Of a DNA stretch of 64,000 nt, positions 28,588 to 42,668 are shown piece by piece; within the stretch, counting starts at the first letter, position 1, and each line of letters begins with the position of its first letter. Below the pieces are notes generated by a model. The model was not told where the DNA came from and did no database searches. It saw nothing but the letters and a program-made list of their open reading frames with translations. Both the position numbers and the translations under genes were made by a program. Source of the DNA: Phycisphaerales bacterium (GTDB lineage: Bacteria > Planctomycetota > Phycisphaerae > Phycisphaerales > UBA1924); assembly GCA_965227775.1 (NCBI GenBank), contig OZ245777.1:1312001-1376000 (forward strand). The letters run 5' to 3'.

Positions 28588-29838
28588 TCACCAAAGCACG
28601 CGTACGCGGATCGTCTCGGGAATCGCTTCGAGCTCTTCGACAACCGGCCTCGAGTCGCCCGGATCGACGTCGACGACGACGTAGCCAAGTTCTTGGTTCG
28701 TTCCCAGCACCTCGCCGCTGACGTTGGCACCGTGCGCGCTGAGTGCCTCGTGGAGCTTGCCCAGCACCCCAGGCACGTTCTTGTGGAAATGCAGGATGCG
28801 GTGCGGCCGGGCGCGTTCGCCGCCGGGCTGAGCGGCCAGCTCGACGTTCGGCACGTTGACCGCGCCCGTCGTCGAGCCGACGTTGATGAATCGCGTGAGC
28901 TTCGTGGCCACGTCTTGAGCGATGGCCTCCTGTGCCTCGCCGGTCGAGCCGCCCACGTGGGGCGTCAGGATAACGTTGTCGAGCCCTCGCAACGGGCTCT
29001 CGAACGGTTCGTCGTTGCTCGATGGCTCATGCGGAAACACATCGACGGCGGCTCCGGCAAGGTGGCTGCTGCGCAACGCCTCGCCGAGTGCATCGATATT
29101 GACGACGCTGCCTCGGGAGTTGTTCAGCAGCATTGCGCCGTCGCGCATCAACCCCAACTCACGCTGGCCGATGAGGTTGCTCGTGCCCTCAGTCGCAGGC
29201 ACGTGGAGCGTGACCACGTCGCTCTCGCGCAGCAGGTGTTCGAGCGAGGCCGCCGGACGTGCGTTACCCAGCGCGAGCGTGGGTACGACGTCGTGGTAGA
29301 TCACCCGCATGCCCAACGCCTCGGCCAGCACGCTCACCTGCGAGCCGATGCGGCCATACCCGACGATGCCAAGCGTGCGACCACGGACCTCATGGCTGCC
29401 TGCGCTGGTCTTGCGCCACCGGCCCGCGTGCATCTGGGTCGAGCGATCGAGCAGCCGGCGGTGGAGAGCGATGACTTCGGCGATGACGAGCTCCGCCACG
29501 CTGCGTGTGTTGCTGAACGGGCTGTTGAAGACGGGCACGCCCCGCGCCGCTGCGGCGCCCAGGTCGACCTGGTTGGTCCCTATACAGAAGCAGCCGATGG
29601 CAAGCAGCAAGTCCGCACGTTGCAGCGCTTCGAGATCGATCTGAGACTTGCTGCGGATGCCGATGGCATGAGCCCCGCGGATCGCCTCGATCATGCGACG
29701 ACCTGTGCACGCGCTGTTCAGGCAGTCAACGCTGAAACCCTCGGCCTGCAACTGCTCGCGGGCCGCGTCGTGCACACCCTCGAGCAGCACGATGCGGATC
29801 TTGTCCTTCGGGTAGCTCGTGAGCTGCTCTGCCGTCAC
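28588..29838 (-). CDS. serA: D-3-phosphoglycerate dehydrogenase
   Basis: GIRSK, GCFCIGTNQVD, PFSNTRSVAELV, GYGRIG, TPHVGGST, ACT domain HKNVPGVL. Confidence 0.95.
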   Translation of the reverse strand: MTAEQLTSYPKDKIRIVLLEGVHDAAREQLQAEGFSVDCLNSACTGRRMIEAIRGAHAIGIRSKSQIDLEALQRADLLLAIGCFCIGTNQVDLGAAAARGVPVFNSPFSNTRSVAELVIAEVIALHRRLLDRSTQMHAGRWRKTSAGSHEVRGRTLGIVGYGRIGSQVSVLAEALGMRVIYHDVVPTLALGNARPAASLEHLLRESDVVTLHVPATEGTSNLIGQRELGLMRDGAMLLNNSRGSVVNIDALGEALRSSHLAGAAVDVFPHEPSSNDEPFESPLRGLDNVILTPHVGGSTGEAQEAIAQDVATKLTRFINVGSTTGAVNVPNVELAAQPGGERARPHRILHFHKNVPGVLGKLHEALSAHGANVSGEVLGTNQELGYVVVDVDPGDSRPVVEELEAIPETIRVRVLW

Positions 29839-32572
29839 GATGGATGGTATCGGTTGTCAGCCGCCGCGCGCTCCCAAGAGTTCGAGCGGCCTGCGCCGCG
29901 CAAGCGAGAGCACCGCCGGCGCCGCCGCCAGAAGCGTCAGCACCATCGTTACAACCCAGCTAAACGCGAGCGGCCCAAAGGGCGGTCGCAGCGACAGCGT
30001 CAGGCCGACGAGGAGCGCGTACAGCCGCTGGCCCGCCCACGCCGCCTGGAAGCCGAGCAGCGTGCCCAGGACGATGGCCGCAAGGGCGATGAGGATCGCT
30101 TCGGCCAGAATGAGCCGCGCGACGACGCCACGCGACGCCCCGATGGCGCGCAGCACGCCCAGCTCATAGCGCCTCGCATGGATGCCCGCGACGACCAAGT
30201 TCGCCACGCCAAAGCAGGCCACGAGCATCGCCATGACGGCAACGGCCGAGAACACAGCGAGTGTCGTGCCCGCCACGGTCTCAATCTCGCGCTTGATCTG
30301 CCGCCCGCTGCCGGCGTCGAGCACGCCGCTGCCGAACAGCACGTCGCGGATCTCGGCGACGGCGACCTCGTCGTTCGTATCCTCGTCGAGATCGATCTGG
30401 ATGAGGTGGATAGCGTTGACGCCGAACCGCTCGATGAGATCCCGCCGCGTGCCGAACACGGCGTGCACGGCCTGCCTTGCTAGATCCTCGCCCGCGTTGA
30501 AGTACTGGCCCACGACCTCCAGGCCCGGGCTCGCGATGACGCCCACGACCTCGAAGTCGTGCGTCTCGCCCTGCACCGTGCACGTGAACGTATCGCCCAC
30601 GCCCAAGCCCTGGGCCACGTTGAACTCCCGCGCAACCAGCACGGCCCCGCCCTCGGCAAGCCGGCGCTTCGCGACGTCGGCGTCGCCCTGCACCCACACC
30701 AGCTTGGTCATGTCGAAGAACGGTTCGGGCTCGAAGGCGACGAAGGTGGTCTGATAGGTCTGCAGGGCGCGGATGCCGAATGCATCGGTCTCGACCGGAA
30801 ACAGCGTGACCGCGCAGGTGCGCTCAACGAATGGCAGTTCTTCGAGCGCGTCGCGGCTCTCTTCGGTCAGCCGCATGCCGCTCACGAACGCGTCCGGGAA
30901 GTCGATCTGCCCGAGCCAGTCGCGCAGCATGGCGCCGCCGGTGATCCAGTTGGAGATCATGAGCGCCAGGCCCGTCATCAGAGCGCCCGCGGTGAATCCC
31001 AGCCGGTACGGCATCGAACGGACGCTCCGCTGCACGACCTTGCCCGGCAACCCGAGCAGCTTCGAGAGCGGGCCGGAGAGCAGCGTCGCTACGAGCAGCA
31101 GCACCGGCGGCCCGAGCAGGAAGTAGCCCACGAACATCGACGGCAGGCCGAAGGTCGCGTAGCTCCAGAACACGACCTGCCCGTCATCCGGTACGCCGAC
31201 CGCGATCGCCTGCACGCAGACGAGCGCGAGGCCGGCGATGGTGAGCGCAACCAGGGTGCGCCGCCGCGGCGCGGTCGCCCGGCTCGAGAGCGCGCCCATT
31301 GGGCTTGTCCGGCTGGCTCGCAGCGCGGGCCACGTCGCGCCGAGCAATCCGGCGGCGATCGAACCAAAGAACGCCAAGGCGAGCATGCCTGGTGGTGTTG
31401 CGAGCCCGCTGGGCAGCACTTCTCGGTAGTACCACGCGCCCGCCGCGGCCACGCCCACACCGAGCGGCACGCCGATGCACGCGCCCACGACACCGATTAG
31501 GATGCCTTCGACGAGCTGCGCCTGAGCGATCTGCCCCCGCGAGGCGCCGATGCAACGCAGCATACCCAGCTCACGCTGCCGCTCGACCACACCCGCGCCG
31601 AGCCCGGTCACGATGATGAACGCCGCGGACAGCAGCGCCAGCAAGATGGCAAGCGAGAGTCCGAACTGTCCGCTCTTCATGTTGCGGTCCAGGCCGCTCG
31701 TGATGCGCTCTGTTGTTTGCAGCATCGCGCCCTCGGGCGCGTCGGCCTGCCGCGCTTCGGCGACAGCCTGCGGATCGAACTCGGGTTTGACCGTGATGTC
31801 GACCTGCGTGAGCTCGTCGGCGCTGCGCCCCGTCGCGGCGCGCAGGCCATCGAGCGTTAGGAACGCCTGCGGCCTGCCGCCCAGCGGTGGGGGCTCGCTC
31901 ATGCCAACCACCGTGAGCTCGCTCGAGCCGAACAGCCGTCGCACGCTGACAGTGTCGCCGAGGCGCAGGCCCTGCAGGTCGTTGAACGCCTCGGCCTCGA
32001 CCTCGTTCGTGGGCGCTTCGGTCGGCGCGGGCGCGATCGCATCCTCGCCCTTGCGCGCAATCAACGGGTCGGCTCGATCGAACACGCCGATCTTGCGGAC
32101 TTGCTCGAGGCTTCCCTGCCACGTCAGCCGACCAGCGAGCGTGGCGTCGACAACGATCTCGTTTGGCCCTGCGGGGGCGCGACCAGCGACGATCCGGATG
32201 GGTCGCAGCCGAGCTTCGGCCTGCGGATCGATGCCGATGCCCATGGCATTGACGCGGAAGTTCGTCTGACGGCGGTAGTATCGACCCTCGGCATCGTCCT
32301 CACGCGGTGTGTAGACCTCGCGGGTGATCTGGAGCGCTAAGTCTCGCGACAACCGCGGGGCGGCGGCTTCGACTTCGGGCCACGCGCGGACGACATCGAG
32401 CGCGCTGGCGGGCATCATCCCGCCACGACCGGTTGGCTCGAGGCGGAGCTGCGCGGCTCCGAAGGTCGCGTCCATGCGCGCGCCGACGGCGTTGTTCGCC
32501 GACGACAGCGCGCACGCAACCGCGGCGATGAGGGCGGCCGAGAGCGCGACCGCCGAAGTGAGCAGCGCGGTC

Positions 32573-33310
<738 letters not shown>

Positions 33311-33341
33311 GCTACTTGTTGGGCCGCCGGCCGGGTGGCTT

Positions 33342-33722
33342 TCATGCGCCGCCGCTGTCGGCGTAGGCCGACGCGTCCATCAGTTCATCGAGCTGGCTCG
33401 CGTCGCCGGCCTTCACCTTCACCAGCCATCCCTTGCCGTAGCAGTCCTCGTTGATCAGGCCCGGGTTATCGCCAAGGGCGTCGTTGACCTCGACGATCTC
33501 ACCATCGACGTGGCAGTAGATGTCGCTTGTGGTCTTGACCGACTCGACCTCGCCCACGGCGTCGCCCTTGCCCAGGCTCGTGCCCGCCGGCTTCATCTCG
33601 ACGAAGGTCACGTCGGTGAGCTGGTCAACGGCGAACTGGGTGATGCCGATGACCACCGTGTCGCCCTCGAGCATGTGCCATTCGTGGGAGTCGCTGTAGC
33701 GGCGGTCGTCGGGTGCGGCCAT
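33342..33722 (-). CDS. gcvH: glycine cleavage system H protein
   Basis: YSDSHEW, GITQFA, VESVKT (lipoyl Lys), INEDCYGKGWL. Confidence 0.95.
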   Translation of the reverse strand: MAAPDDRRYSDSHEWHMLEGDTVVIGITQFAVDQLTDVTFVEMKPAGTSLGKGDAVGEVESVKTTSDIYCHVDGEIVEVNDALGDNPGLINEDCYGKGWLVKVKAGDASQLDELMDASAYADSGGA

Positions 33723-33884
33723 GATGGAAGAGTCCTCGTGCAGGGCGTGCGGAAGAACTGAAACGGCGAAGGCGCTTGTGCGAGCGATCCGCCAGGACGC
33801 CAATGCTATAGGCTGCCGCTTGCGAAGCCACCCCTGGGCCGCTGACCGAGGGATGCCCGCCCATCGGGCGACTACAGTGCCCCG

Positions 33885-35024
33885 ATGCTGCTCGCCCTCG
33901 CCGCCCGCTCCTTGCGCCCGATGCTCGCCGGCAAGGACGCAAGCCTGCCACTGACCGATTTGCCCCGCTTCGCCCACGAGCAGCTGGGGCTGCATGGGCT
34001 CATGCTGTCTGCAGACCTCCTCGCCGGCCGCACCAGGGATGACCTGTCCCGGCTGCGCGATGCGGCCGACCGGGCCCGCTGCTCGTGCCTCGTGCTGCTC
34101 GAGGAAGATCCCCAGAAGCTCGCCGCCGTTGATGCGAGCGCCGCGGCCGAGCGCATCCGCCGGGTCATGGCCGCCGCAAGCCTGCTGGGCTGCAACGCCG
34201 CGAGCGTGGCAATCGACGCGCCGGACACGCCCGAGGCGCTCGAGACCGTGGCCGAGCGGTTCAAGGTGCTGATGGCCGAGGCCGAGCAGCGAGAGCTGAA
34301 CCTGCTCATCATGCCGAGTTCGAACATGAAGCCCGGGCTGACCTCGTCGCCCGACCGCCTGACCGAGCTGCTCAAGAAGATCGGCGGCTTCCGCGTAGGC
34401 ACCATGCCCGATTTTGCCCATGCCGCCGAGGCCGAAGACCCGCCGGCTTACCTGCGGAAGGTGACGCCCTACGCCTCGGCCGTGCTCGGCTCGACGCTCG
34501 GGTTCAAGATCATCGAGGGCGAGGCCGACGACGAGCGGGCGATCGTTGAACACCAGGGCTACGACCTGGCCGCCGCAGTCGAGGCCATCGCTGCGGTGGG
34601 CTACGACGGCGCCGTGGGCCTCGACTACCACGGCGAGGGCGACCTCAGGATGGGCCTGCGTCGCAGCCGAGAGGGCTTCTCGCTGGCGATGGAAGGCAAG
34701 GGCGGCCCCTTCAGTCTTGTGCACGACGAGGAAGAGTTCGACGACGAGATGGACGCCGCCGCGGCCGCGCTACTCGACGCCATCTTGAGCGATGACGCCG
34801 GGGACGAGGACGACGACGACGAGGACGATGGCCCGGACGACGCGGCTTCGGACGACTCCGACGATCGTGAGGCAGACGGCAACGCCGAAGACGATGGGGG
34901 CGACGACGAGCCCGCCGTAACAGAGACCACAAAGAAGTCGGTCAAGAAGACCGCGAAAAAGCCTGCCAAGAAGACCTCGAAGAAGACCGCCAAGCAGGCC
35001 GACGAAGACGGAGACGAGGCGTGA
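33885..35024 (+). CDS. TIM-barrel (AP endonuclease 2/xylose isomerase-like) protein with acidic and Lys-rich tail
   Basis: GGFRVGTMPDF, VGYDGAVGLDY; tail DEDDDDEDD...KKTAKKPAKKTSKK. Confidence 0.7.
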   Translation: MLLALAARSLRPMLAGKDASLPLTDLPRFAHEQLGLHGLMLSADLLAGRTRDDLSRLRDAADRARCSCLVLLEEDPQKLAAVDASAAAERIRRVMAAASLLGCNAASVAIDAPDTPEALETVAERFKVLMAEAEQRELNLLIMPSSNMKPGLTSSPDRLTELLKKIGGFRVGTMPDFAHAAEAEDPPAYLRKVTPYASAVLGSTLGFKIIEGEADDERAIVEHQGYDLAAAVEAIAAVGYDGAVGLDYHGEGDLRMGLRRSREGFSLAMEGKGGPFSLVHDEEEFDDEMDAAAAALLDAILSDDAGDEDDDDEDDGPDDAASDDSDDREADGNAEDDGGDDEPAVTETTKKSVKKTAKKPAKKTSKKTAKQADEDGDEA

Positions 35025-35869
35025 GCCGCCAGGGGGATACGCTCCGGTCGGCGGCCGTCGCGGTCGAGGTCGCCCCGGACGCGCGGGAGCGGCCCGGAGA
35101 CCCAGGCGATCGGCGGCCCTCGGCCAAGCGAGCCAGCGTGATCCCCCACGACGTGGACATCATCGTCACCATCGACGGGCCCGCGGGTACGGGCAAGAGC
35201 ACTGTTGCCCAGGCGCTGGCCGAGCGATTGGGACTGGACCTGCTCGATACCGGTGCCATGTACCGCGCGGCGGCCGCCATCGCCATCGATCGCGGCATGA
35301 TCGACGCAATCAGCTCCGGTGATTCCGAGACGATCGCCCGGTTCGTCGATGTCATCGCCGAGGCCGACCTGCACTTCGACTGGTCGACGGACCCCCCGGC
35401 CATCATGGCCTGGATCACCGAGCACAAACAGTTCGAGCCGCTCAACGATCGCATCCGCACGCCCGACGTAACCAAGGCCGTGTCGATCGTCGCGGGCATT
35501 GCCGAGCTGCGCCGCCACATGGTGCGCAAGCAGCGGCTCATCGGCCAGCAGCACCCGAGACTGGTTACCGAGGGCCGCGACCAGGGTTCGGTGGTCTTCC
35601 CAGACGCGCTCGTGAAGTTCTTCCTCGACGCCGACCTCAGGGTGCGGGCGGAGCGACGGGCCGACCAGCTACGCGAGGCTGGGTATCCCGTCGAGGCCGA
35701 GGAACTAATGAAGGACCTCGCGCGGCGTGACGAGCTCGACCGCAGCCGCGAGGAGGGCCCGCTGATCTGCCCCGAGGACGCGACCACCGTCGACACCACG
35801 AGCCTGAGCTTCGACGGTGTCGTTGATCGCCTCGAGCGCGAAGTGCTCGACCGCGTGGGCGTCGCATAG
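35021..35869 (+). CDS. cmk: cytidylate kinase
   Basis: TIDGPAGTGKST, LDTGAMYRA, EGRDQGSVVFPDA, RRDELD. Confidence 0.93.
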   Translation: MSRQGDTLRSAAVAVEVAPDARERPGDPGDRRPSAKRASVIPHDVDIIVTIDGPAGTGKSTVAQALAERLGLDLLDTGAMYRAAAAIAIDRGMIDAISSGDSETIARFVDVIAEADLHFDWSTDPPAIMAWITEHKQFEPLNDRIRTPDVTKAVSIVAGIAELRRHMVRKQRLIGQQHPRLVTEGRDQGSVVFPDALVKFFLDADLRVRAERRADQLREAGYPVEAEELMKDLARRDELDRSREEGPLICPEDATTVDTTSLSFDGVVDRLEREVLDRVGVA

Positions 35870-35881
35870 CCGGACTGGCCA

Positions 35882-36598
35882 GTGAGCGAGCCCGACGCAC
35901 ACGCAACGCCGCAGAAGACGCTGGCCTACCGCATTGGCCAGCCGATTACTCGTGCGTGGTTCCGCGGCTTCCACGGTGTGCGCTGGATGCACCCCGAGCG
36001 CGTGCCGGACGACGGGCCGCTGCTCGTCGTCGCCAATCACCAGAGCTACTACGACCCGCCGTTGATCGGTGGCGGCATCACGAGTCGCCCGCTCGATTAC
36101 CTCGCGAGAGCGGGACTGTTCAAGAACCCGCTGTTCGGGCGCTTCATCAGCGCCTTCAACGCGTTCCCGATCAAGGAAGACACCGGCGATCGGGCGGCGC
36201 TCAACACGGTGATCGATCGCCTGCATGCGGGAGGTGCGGTACTGCTGTTCCCTGAGGGCAGGCGCAGCCGCGATGGCCATGTCATGCCCCTGAAGCGCGG
36301 CATGGCGCTCATCCTGCGCAAGGCCCGCTGCCCCCTACTGCCGGTCGCCATCGACGGCGTGTTCGATGTGTTCCCGCCCGGCCAGAGCCGGCCGAGCCTG
36401 TTCAAGGGCCCCATCGGCGTGCACTATGGCGAGCCCATCATGCCCGACGACCTGCCCCGCCACGCCGAGCCGCTGCTCACGATGCTGCACGACCGCATCG
36501 AGGCGCAACGCCTCGAACTCCGGCTCGAGTTGCTCCGGCAGAGCGACGGCAAATTCCCGACGCCGCTGACGCCGAAGACGCTGCGGGCGGTGGAGTAG
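35882..36598 (+). CDS. plsC: 1-acyl-sn-glycerol-3-phosphate acyltransferase
   Basis: NHQSYYD, FPEGRRS. Confidence 0.88.
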   Translation: MSEPDAHATPQKTLAYRIGQPITRAWFRGFHGVRWMHPERVPDDGPLLVVANHQSYYDPPLIGGGITSRPLDYLARAGLFKNPLFGRFISAFNAFPIKEDTGDRAALNTVIDRLHAGGAVLLFPEGRRSRDGHVMPLKRGMALILRKARCPLLPVAIDGVFDVFPPGQSRPSLFKGPIGVHYGEPIMPDDLPRHAEPLLTMLHDRIEAQRLELRLELLRQSDGKFPTPLTPKTLRAVE

Positions 36599-36607
36599 GA
36601 CGCTCGA

Positions 36608-37933
36608 TCAATCGTGCCGGAGCGCAACGATCGGGTCTTGCTTGGCCGCCTTGCGGGCCGGGTAGAGACCGAAGATCAGGCCCGTCAGCACGGCCACCGT
36701 CATCGCGACGAACACCGACCACCAGGCGAGCTGCGTCGGCAGGCTCGCGTCGGAGGGGATGAACCGGCCCAGCACCGGCATGCTCGGCAGCAGTGGCACG
36801 GCCCAGCCCAGCAAGAGGCTGAGGCCCACGCCGATCGCCACGCCGATGAGCCCGCCGATGAGGCTCAGCACGCTCGTCTCGACGAGGAACTGCCAGACGA
36901 TGTGCTTACGGGTCGCACCCAAGGCGCGACGGATGCCGATCTCACGCGTGCGCTCGGTGACGGTGGCGAGCATGATGTTCATGATGCCGATGCCGCCAAC
37001 GAGCAGGCTGATGCCCGCGATGGCCATGAGCATGAGCGTGCCGCGGAGCGCGGCGCGTTCGGCGTTCTCGAGCAGCTCGAAGGGCACGACCATGGTCACG
37101 TCGGTCATGCCATCGCGGCGCGTCTCGAGCACACGCTCCAGTCGCTGGGCGAGGCCAACGACCTGGCTGCGCTCAGGGACCGTCAGGTACAGCTCGCTCA
37201 CGTGCACCTCGGCTGCGTTGAACGAGCCGCTCGTGCGGCGGAAGACCGTGTCCCCGAAGACGTATCGTGCTGTTTCGAGCGGCACGTGGACGTCCGAATT
37301 CAGGTCTCGACCGACGAGCGCCGAGCCGGCTCCGCCGGCCAGGCCGACAAGATCAAGCACGCCGACGATGCGCAGCGCCTTGTCGTCGATGCGGATAGTG
37401 CTGCCCAATGGGTCTTCGAGCGGGAAGAACTGGCGGGCGACCTCGTTGCCGATGACGCACACCATTGCACGCTCGACGTTGTCGCCATCGGTGAGGTATC
37501 GCCCCCTCGTCACGCTTAGGTTCGCGACCTCGGCCAGCAGCGGATCGACGCCGTAGGCCTGGCTCGTCTGCTTCTTCGGGCCTCGGACAAGCTCTGAGCC
37601 GACCTCTTTGAGTGCCACGATGCGAGCATCGTCCGAGAAGTTCTCGTTGATGATTCGCAGATCGTTCCACGTGATGCCGTAATTGACCACGAACGACCGC
37701 TCCTGGCCCTGCTGCTGGGTCTCGGGCGGCCGCTGACTGCGGACGATGATGTTGCGGGCACCCAGCTGCTCGATCTGCCGTAGGGCTTCCTGCTTGCTGC
37801 CTTCGCCGATGGACACCATACAGATCACGGCCGCGACGCCCAGGATGATGCCCAGGGCCGTGAGGAAGCTGCGCAGCTTGTGCAGCCGGAGGTTGGCGAT
37901 GCCCAGTCGGATGGTTTCGAGCAGGAATGTCAC
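36608..37933 (-). CDS. MacB-like ABC permease
   Basis: RSFLTALGIILGV, GGIGIMNIMLATVTERTREIGIRRALGA, GLYPARKAAKQDPIVALR. Confidence 0.9.
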   Translation of the reverse strand: MTFLLETIRLGIANLRLHKLRSFLTALGIILGVAAVICMVSIGEGSKQEALRQIEQLGARNIIVRSQRPPETQQQGQERSFVVNYGITWNDLRIINENFSDDARIVALKEVGSELVRGPKKQTSQAYGVDPLLAEVANLSVTRGRYLTDGDNVERAMVCVIGNEVARQFFPLEDPLGSTIRIDDKALRIVGVLDLVGLAGGAGSALVGRDLNSDVHVPLETARYVFGDTVFRRTSGSFNAAEVHVSELYLTVPERSQVVGLAQRLERVLETRRDGMTDVTMVVPFELLENAERAALRGTLMLMAIAGISLLVGGIGIMNIMLATVTERTREIGIRRALGATRKHIVWQFLVETSVLSLIGGLIGVAIGVGLSLLLGWAVPLLPSMPVLGRFIPSDASLPTQLAWWSVFVAMTVAVLTGLIFGLYPARKAAKQDPIVALRHD

Positions 37934-38070
37934 GCGGAATCACCCGATAGTGGCAAGTGGACCCAACGGCTTCTGCCAGACGAATAGGCAATAGCCAAGA
38001 GCAGAGATGGTAGTGGCCTTCTCATCCGTCAAGGACTGAGGATGCAGAATCAAGAGGGATACCGAGCAAC

Positions 38071-38403
38071 GTGCCGCAGGCTGCGAGATCAATCGACATC
38101 GGAACCGAGACCGCGACCGATCGCGGCTGGCTCTACGAGGTCACGCTCACGGGCCGAGCTGGCACGACGACGCACGCCATCAGCCTGAGCTGGCACGACC
38201 ACGACTACTGGTGCGGTGGTGCGCTGGCCCCTAGCCGACTGCTGGAGCGGCTGCTGAGCTTACTGACGCGGCAGCTCGGCAAGGGCGATACCCCCGGCTC
38301 GCTGCCCGCACGCTTCGACTGCGCCACGGCTCGCCGATGGCTGCCGGAGATCGACGATTTGCTCCGAGAGGGGCCGATGGGTAGTGGTGAAACCCCGGCC
38401 TGA
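38071..38403 (+). CDS. hypothetical protein
   Basis: 110-aa ORF between opposite-strand genes; LSWHDHDYW, RFDCATARR. Confidence 0.6.
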   Translation: MPQAARSIDIGTETATDRGWLYEVTLTGRAGTTTHAISLSWHDHDYWCGGALAPSRLLERLLSLLTRQLGKGDTPGSLPARFDCATARRWLPEIDDLLREGPMGSGETPA

Positions 38404-41529
<3,126 letters not shown>

Positions 41530-41574
41530 CTCGTTCTCGTGTCCGCCTGCCGCGTCTCGGCGGGCCGGACTCGG

Positions 41575-41607
41575 ACGATAGCGCGCCCGAACACCGAGCG
41601 AACACCG
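41575..41607 (-). promoter_or_regulatory. GTTC-N7-GTTC direct repeat next to a -10-like TATCGT upstream of uvrA
   Basis: CGAACACCG at 41588-41596 and 41599-41607; ACGATA at 41575-41580. Confidence 0.5.
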
Positions 41608-41669
41608 GAAATCTGGCCCGGGCGGGTCATCCTGCAGCCACGTACATTTCGCGTTGACCGGAGGACCGC

Positions 41670-42635
41670 ATGCGAGCCACGCCGACGATGCTGCTCACCC
41701 TCGCCTCGTTCGTGCTGGCCGGCTGCTCAAGCCAGCCAGCGGGCCAAGCCGTCGACCCGGTCGCCCCCGAGCCAACCGAACTGAAGCCGGTCGCCGCCCC
41801 GACGCAGCCCTTTTTCGCCGAGCTGCCCAGGTGGCGGCCGATCTACCAGGGCATCGAGTTTGCCGAGTTGGCTAACGACAAGCCGCGCCCGCTCGTCGTA
41901 TCAGCTTTGCGGATTGACACGGGGGTCGAGGGCCTCGAGCTTTTCACAACCCCCGGCAACGGCGAGGCAAAGCTCGAGACCAACGGGCAAACGACCAGAG
42001 CCTTCCTTGAAGAGCATGATCTCGACGTTGCGATCAACACCCACTTCTTCAGCCCCTGCTGCAACATCATCCCTGGAGAACCGAAGGACCTGACCGGCCT
42101 CTCGATCGCGCAGGGCGAGCATGTCAGTCCAGCGTCAATGAGGAGCCAGCGAGACATCTTCATCTTCGAGGCCGGCGTGCACGAGTCCGGAAGCCTGGGC
42201 GCCGTGATGCTCACATCGAGCCAGATGGACCAACTCCAGGGATTCACGCCCACGCACGCGATCGCGGGCCGGACGATCCTCGATCACGGCAGAGTCGTGG
42301 AGGGTGGCGACAACTTCTCAACCACCCTCCACCCACGCACGCTCGTTGGCCTGAGCAAGGACCACGGCTCGCTCTACTTGGTCACCATCGACGGGCGCCA
42401 GCCCGGCTACAGCACCGGTGCGTCGCTGGCCGAGGCGGCGGCGATCATGTTCCATCTCGGCGCCTCGATGGCGCTCAATGTCGATGGTGGTGGCTCGACC
42501 ACCATGATCATCCGCGACGCCGACGGTGCCAGCCAGGTCGCCAATAGCCCCAGCAGCGGATTCGAGCGTGTCGTGGGCTCGAATCTGGGATTCCGAGCCA
42601 AGAGTCTGCAACCAGACGCTGCGCCGACACGTTAA
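41670..42635 (+). CDS. phosphodiester glycosidase (NAGPA-like) lipoprotein
   Basis: LAGC lipobox; AINTHFF, HPRTLVG, IDGRQPGYS, ALNVDGGGST. Confidence 0.85.
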   Translation: MRATPTMLLTLASFVLAGCSSQPAGQAVDPVAPEPTELKPVAAPTQPFFAELPRWRPIYQGIEFAELANDKPRPLVVSALRIDTGVEGLELFTTPGNGEAKLETNGQTTRAFLEEHDLDVAINTHFFSPCCNIIPGEPKDLTGLSIAQGEHVSPASMRSQRDIFIFEAGVHESGSLGAVMLTSSQMDQLQGFTPTHAIAGRTILDHGRVVEGGDNFSTTLHPRTLVGLSKDHGSLYLVTIDGRQPGYSTGASLAEAAAIMFHLGASMALNVDGGGSTTMIIRDADGASQVANSPSSGFERVVGSNLGFRAKSLQPDAAPTR

Positions 42636-42668
42636 GAATCAAGAGCCACACTCGTGAAGGGTCGAGCC

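Noticed and set aside
37990..38060. Fluoride-riboswitch-like GAGATGG plus hairpin, and AGAATCAAGAG shared with 42635
   Set aside because: The pseudoknot pairing and downstream consensus are missing, and a single shared 11-mer is insufficient.
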